Origin: Malacoraja senta | Lineage: Eukaryota | Length of the DNA stretch: 20,000 bases | Direction of reading: 5' to 3' | NCBI GenBank assembly: GCA_038087875.1 | Contig: JAXLNO010000126.1 | Coordinates: 53,869-73,868, forward strand | Part shown: piece by piece, positions 19,237-20,000 of the stretch | Layout: each line of letters begins with the position of its first letter | Position numbering within the stretch: position 1 is the stretch's first letter | Translations under genes and position numbers: made by a program | The notes under the pieces: generated by a model | What the model was told of the DNA's origin: nothing | Databases searched by the model: none | What the model saw: only the letters and a program-made list of their open reading frames with translations

Positions 19237-20000
19237 CACGTACATACATACATACATACATACTCACAGACTGTTCTCTGGAAGTTAGTTTGCCGGAACT
19301 GAACTGAGTTGCACCTTACGGTTGTGCAGCACGGGGTATTCTGGATATGTGGTGACAATGCTTATACATCCCTACCTATGAATTAGATTGGGACCTGTAC
19401 TATGGGATGCGTTGCCCCTAATGCTTGGGGAGTTAAAACCATCCAGACTCATTGATCAGGAATCAGTCAGCCATCCCCAGTGAAGCGTGGACGCAAGAGA
19501 GAGGTTGAAAACTCACTTGTTGTCTGCAATACAGGTTTGCACAGATTACTACGCACCCTGATACCTGGCCTGGGAGTAAATGAGCTGGAAAAAGCAAGCA
19601 TCAGTACTTCAGCCACCATGGAATAAGTAGAGATCAGGACGGTAGATGCGATTTTGGCCCTTCACTGAAGTCCAGTCACTGTTCAAGATGGTTATTCAAT
19701 ATCGGATAACTCTGGACTTTCTCCTCGTGGCCCAGGGGAGGGTGTGTGCAACCCTTAACGCATCCTGCTGTTTCTTCCCTAACCAAGACAAACAAATTGA
19801 AAATGATGTAAGGATTATTCATGACCATATCCACACCTTGCATCAGATCTCAGAAATTAAACACCTTGACTGGTGGGGGTGGCTCCCTGACCTTGGAAAC
19901 TGTGCTGGAGGGCTCTTTATGACCATTTTATAATATGCCATTATTATTTTAGTCACTGTTGTCACCATGTATGCATCACTCAGACAGAACCTTCGAAGAG
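18620..20000 (+). pseudogene. ERV env (gamma-type TM), copy 2, runs off the window end
   Basis: Signal-like GLCLMSVTIVIKSTTAWDNN; LWICGDNAY..LP..GTCT; furin site KRGRKR (19483-19500); RTLIPGLGVNELEKA; immunosuppressive domain VIQYRITLDFLLVAQGRVC; CX6CC (CATLNASCC); WWGWLP; hydrophobic anchor. Stops at 19624 and 19931. Confidence 0.93.
19115..19263. repeat. (CA)n/(CACG)n/(CATA)n microsatellite within env copy 2
   Basis: Directly visible compound repeat at the same env position as 10923-11015. Confidence 0.97.

Noticed and set aside
19483..19990. Domesticated syncytin-like env gene
   Set aside because: In-frame stops at 19624 and 19931, a frameshift near 19660 and a microsatellite in SU.

Overview
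Eukaryotic, repeat-saturated genomic DNA, probably from a cartilaginous fish (inferred from CR1/HER1-type LINEs with (CTATGTTT)n tails). I see no intact protein-coding gene. (1) 131-4869 is a structurally complete but coding-dead DIRS1-type tyrosine-recombinase retrotransposon (left ITR, ORF1, RT-RNaseH-methyltransferase, YR, ICR, right ITR plus extension). It sits inside an older LINE whose reading frame can be rejoined across the insertion. (2) 5.3-7.8 kb holds LINE fragments. (3) A second, truncated, related DIRS element starts at 8402. (4) From about 10.9 kb to the end lies a decayed epsilon/gamma-like endogenous retrovirus (RNase H, integrase, env). Its 3' env is present twice and its integrase is split by a CR1 LINE. 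(5) That CR1 is itself split by a ~1.8 kb genomic fragment carrying two intron-flanked exons resembling the host gene C11orf98, with a further CR1 fragment inserted in an intronic 18-bp minisatellite. The most notable observations are the captured gene fragment, the four-level nesting, the reconstructable DIRS recombination junction and the duplicated env. All family assignments come from remembered motifs, not database searches.
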